From: a virus
Length of the DNA: 17,194 nt
Strand: one strand, 5' to 3'
UHGV virus genome: UHGV-0072086
Notes under the pieces: generated by a model
Database searches by the model: none
What the model was told of the DNA's origin: nothing
Seen by the model: only the letters and a program-made list of their open reading frames with translations
Part shown: positions 16,537 to 17,194 of the stretch, in pieces
Layout of the letters: each line of letters starts with the position of its first letter
How positions within the stretch are numbered: position 1 is the stretch's first letter
Program-made: the position numbers and the translations under genes

Positions 16537-16632
16537 AAGCGAAGCTTATACATATCTTTTACATCAGCAATCTATTGTTAATCTCCAATCAATGTTACGT
16601 TGTCATCTCACTCATGCTTTGGAGGTAGTGAT

Positions 16633-16812
16633 ATGTCTTGTCCAAAATGCGGTTCTGGAAATATTGCAAAAGAAAAAACAATGCGTGGATGGTCTGATGA
16701 TTATGTGTGCTGCGATTGCGGATACAACGACTCTAAAGACGCATTTGGAGAGCGTGGTAAAAACGAGTTTGTTAAAATTAATAAAGAACGCGAAGGTAAC
16801 GAAAAAAGCTAA
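16633..16812 (+). CDS. Small zinc-ribbon protein, 59 aa
   Basis: ATG at 16633 with GGAGGT RBS; two CxxC pairs (CPKCGSG ... CCDCGY); followed by a terminator. Confidence 0.45.
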   Translation: MSCPKCGSGNIAKEKTMRGWSDDYVCCDCGYNDSKDAFGERGKNEFVKINKEREGNEKS

Positions 16813-16875
16813 TTTATTTATTCATATATGAAAACAATGTAACCAATATTCGAATTGAAGAACTGAAAGAACACC

Positions 16876-16899
16876 AAGCCGCCTGATGGCGGTTTTTTA
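16876..16899 (+). terminator. Intrinsic terminator downstream of the zinc-ribbon gene
   Basis: Stem gccgcc (16878-16883) / ggcgg (16888-16892) with tgat loop, followed by T6 at 16893-16898. Confidence 0.6.
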
Positions 16900-16943
16900 T
16901 TACCTGATTTGCAGGTTCGATTCCCTATTCGGAGATAGCACTC

Positions 16944-17144
16944 ATGCAACACGAACTACAGCCTGATTCCCTGGTTGATTTGAAATTCATCATGGCCGAT
17001 ACTGGCTTCGGTAAAACCTTCATCTATGACCGGATTAAGTCCGGAGACCTGCCTAAAGCCAAAGTTATCCACGGGCGAGCAAGATGGTTATATCGTGACC
17101 ATTGTGAATTCAAAAATAAGCTCTTAAGCCGCGCCAATGGGTAA
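16944..17144 (+). CDS. AlpA-family / excisionase-like DNA-binding protein, 66 aa
   Basis: Translation ...LKFIMADTGFGKTFIYDRIKSGDLPKAKVIHGRARWLYRDHCEF... has the AlpA/Xis-type winged-helix pattern; sits at the distal end of the pL operon where xis lies in lambda. Confidence 0.65.
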   Translation: MQHELQPDSLVDLKFIMADTGFGKTFIYDRIKSGDLPKAKVIHGRARWLYRDHCEFKNKLLSRANG

Positions 17145-17194
17145 AATAGCGGGTAAAATATTTCTCACATCTAAAAAACATCATTCCAATCAAT

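Noticed and set aside
16592-16831. 79-aa + strand ORF overlapping the zinc-ribbon ORF in another frame
   Set aside because: No RBS; the overlapping frame with GGAGGT RBS and CxxC pairs is more plausible.
16905-16930. tRNA T-loop-like motif (gcaggttcgattcc) suggesting a tRNA 3' end or att site
   Set aside because: The flanking bases do not form a T-stem or acceptor stem (the 3' partner is cccta rather than cctgc); looks like chance resemblance in the xis upstream region.

Overview
The whole window is one contiguous piece of a lambdoid (lambda/434-type) prophage, lying in reverse orientation relative to the standard lambda map. All gene identifications are from reading the translations and my recall of the lambda/434 sequences; no database search was run. 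Order along the + strand: Rz (5' end only), R endolysin, S holin, tR'/late leader/pR', Q, a nin region (NinH-like, RusA, YbcO-like, NinF, NinE, NinB, with extra unknown genes interleaved), a tR2-like terminator, a DnaB-type helicase, an O-like initiator with an iteron origin inside it, cII, nutR, cro, OR1-3, cI (434 immunity type), a secreted-protein gene coupled to cI, OL/pL, nutL, N, then a pL-operon accessory region (unknown 207-aa gene, cIII-like, Kil-like, Rad52-type annealing protein, HNH endonuclease, SSB, Ea22-like/DUF551 proteins, zinc-ribbon protein) ending in an AlpA/Xis-like gene. Int and the attachment site must lie beyond the right edge. The phage is mosaic: lambda-like N/nut/Q/lysis, 434-like immunity, non-lambda replication and recombination modules. 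The best candidates for an undescribed accessory or defence function are (i) the signal-peptide protein at the rex position, (ii) the 207-aa protein just after N, and (iii) the three-gene cassette with two small membrane proteins at the ren position.
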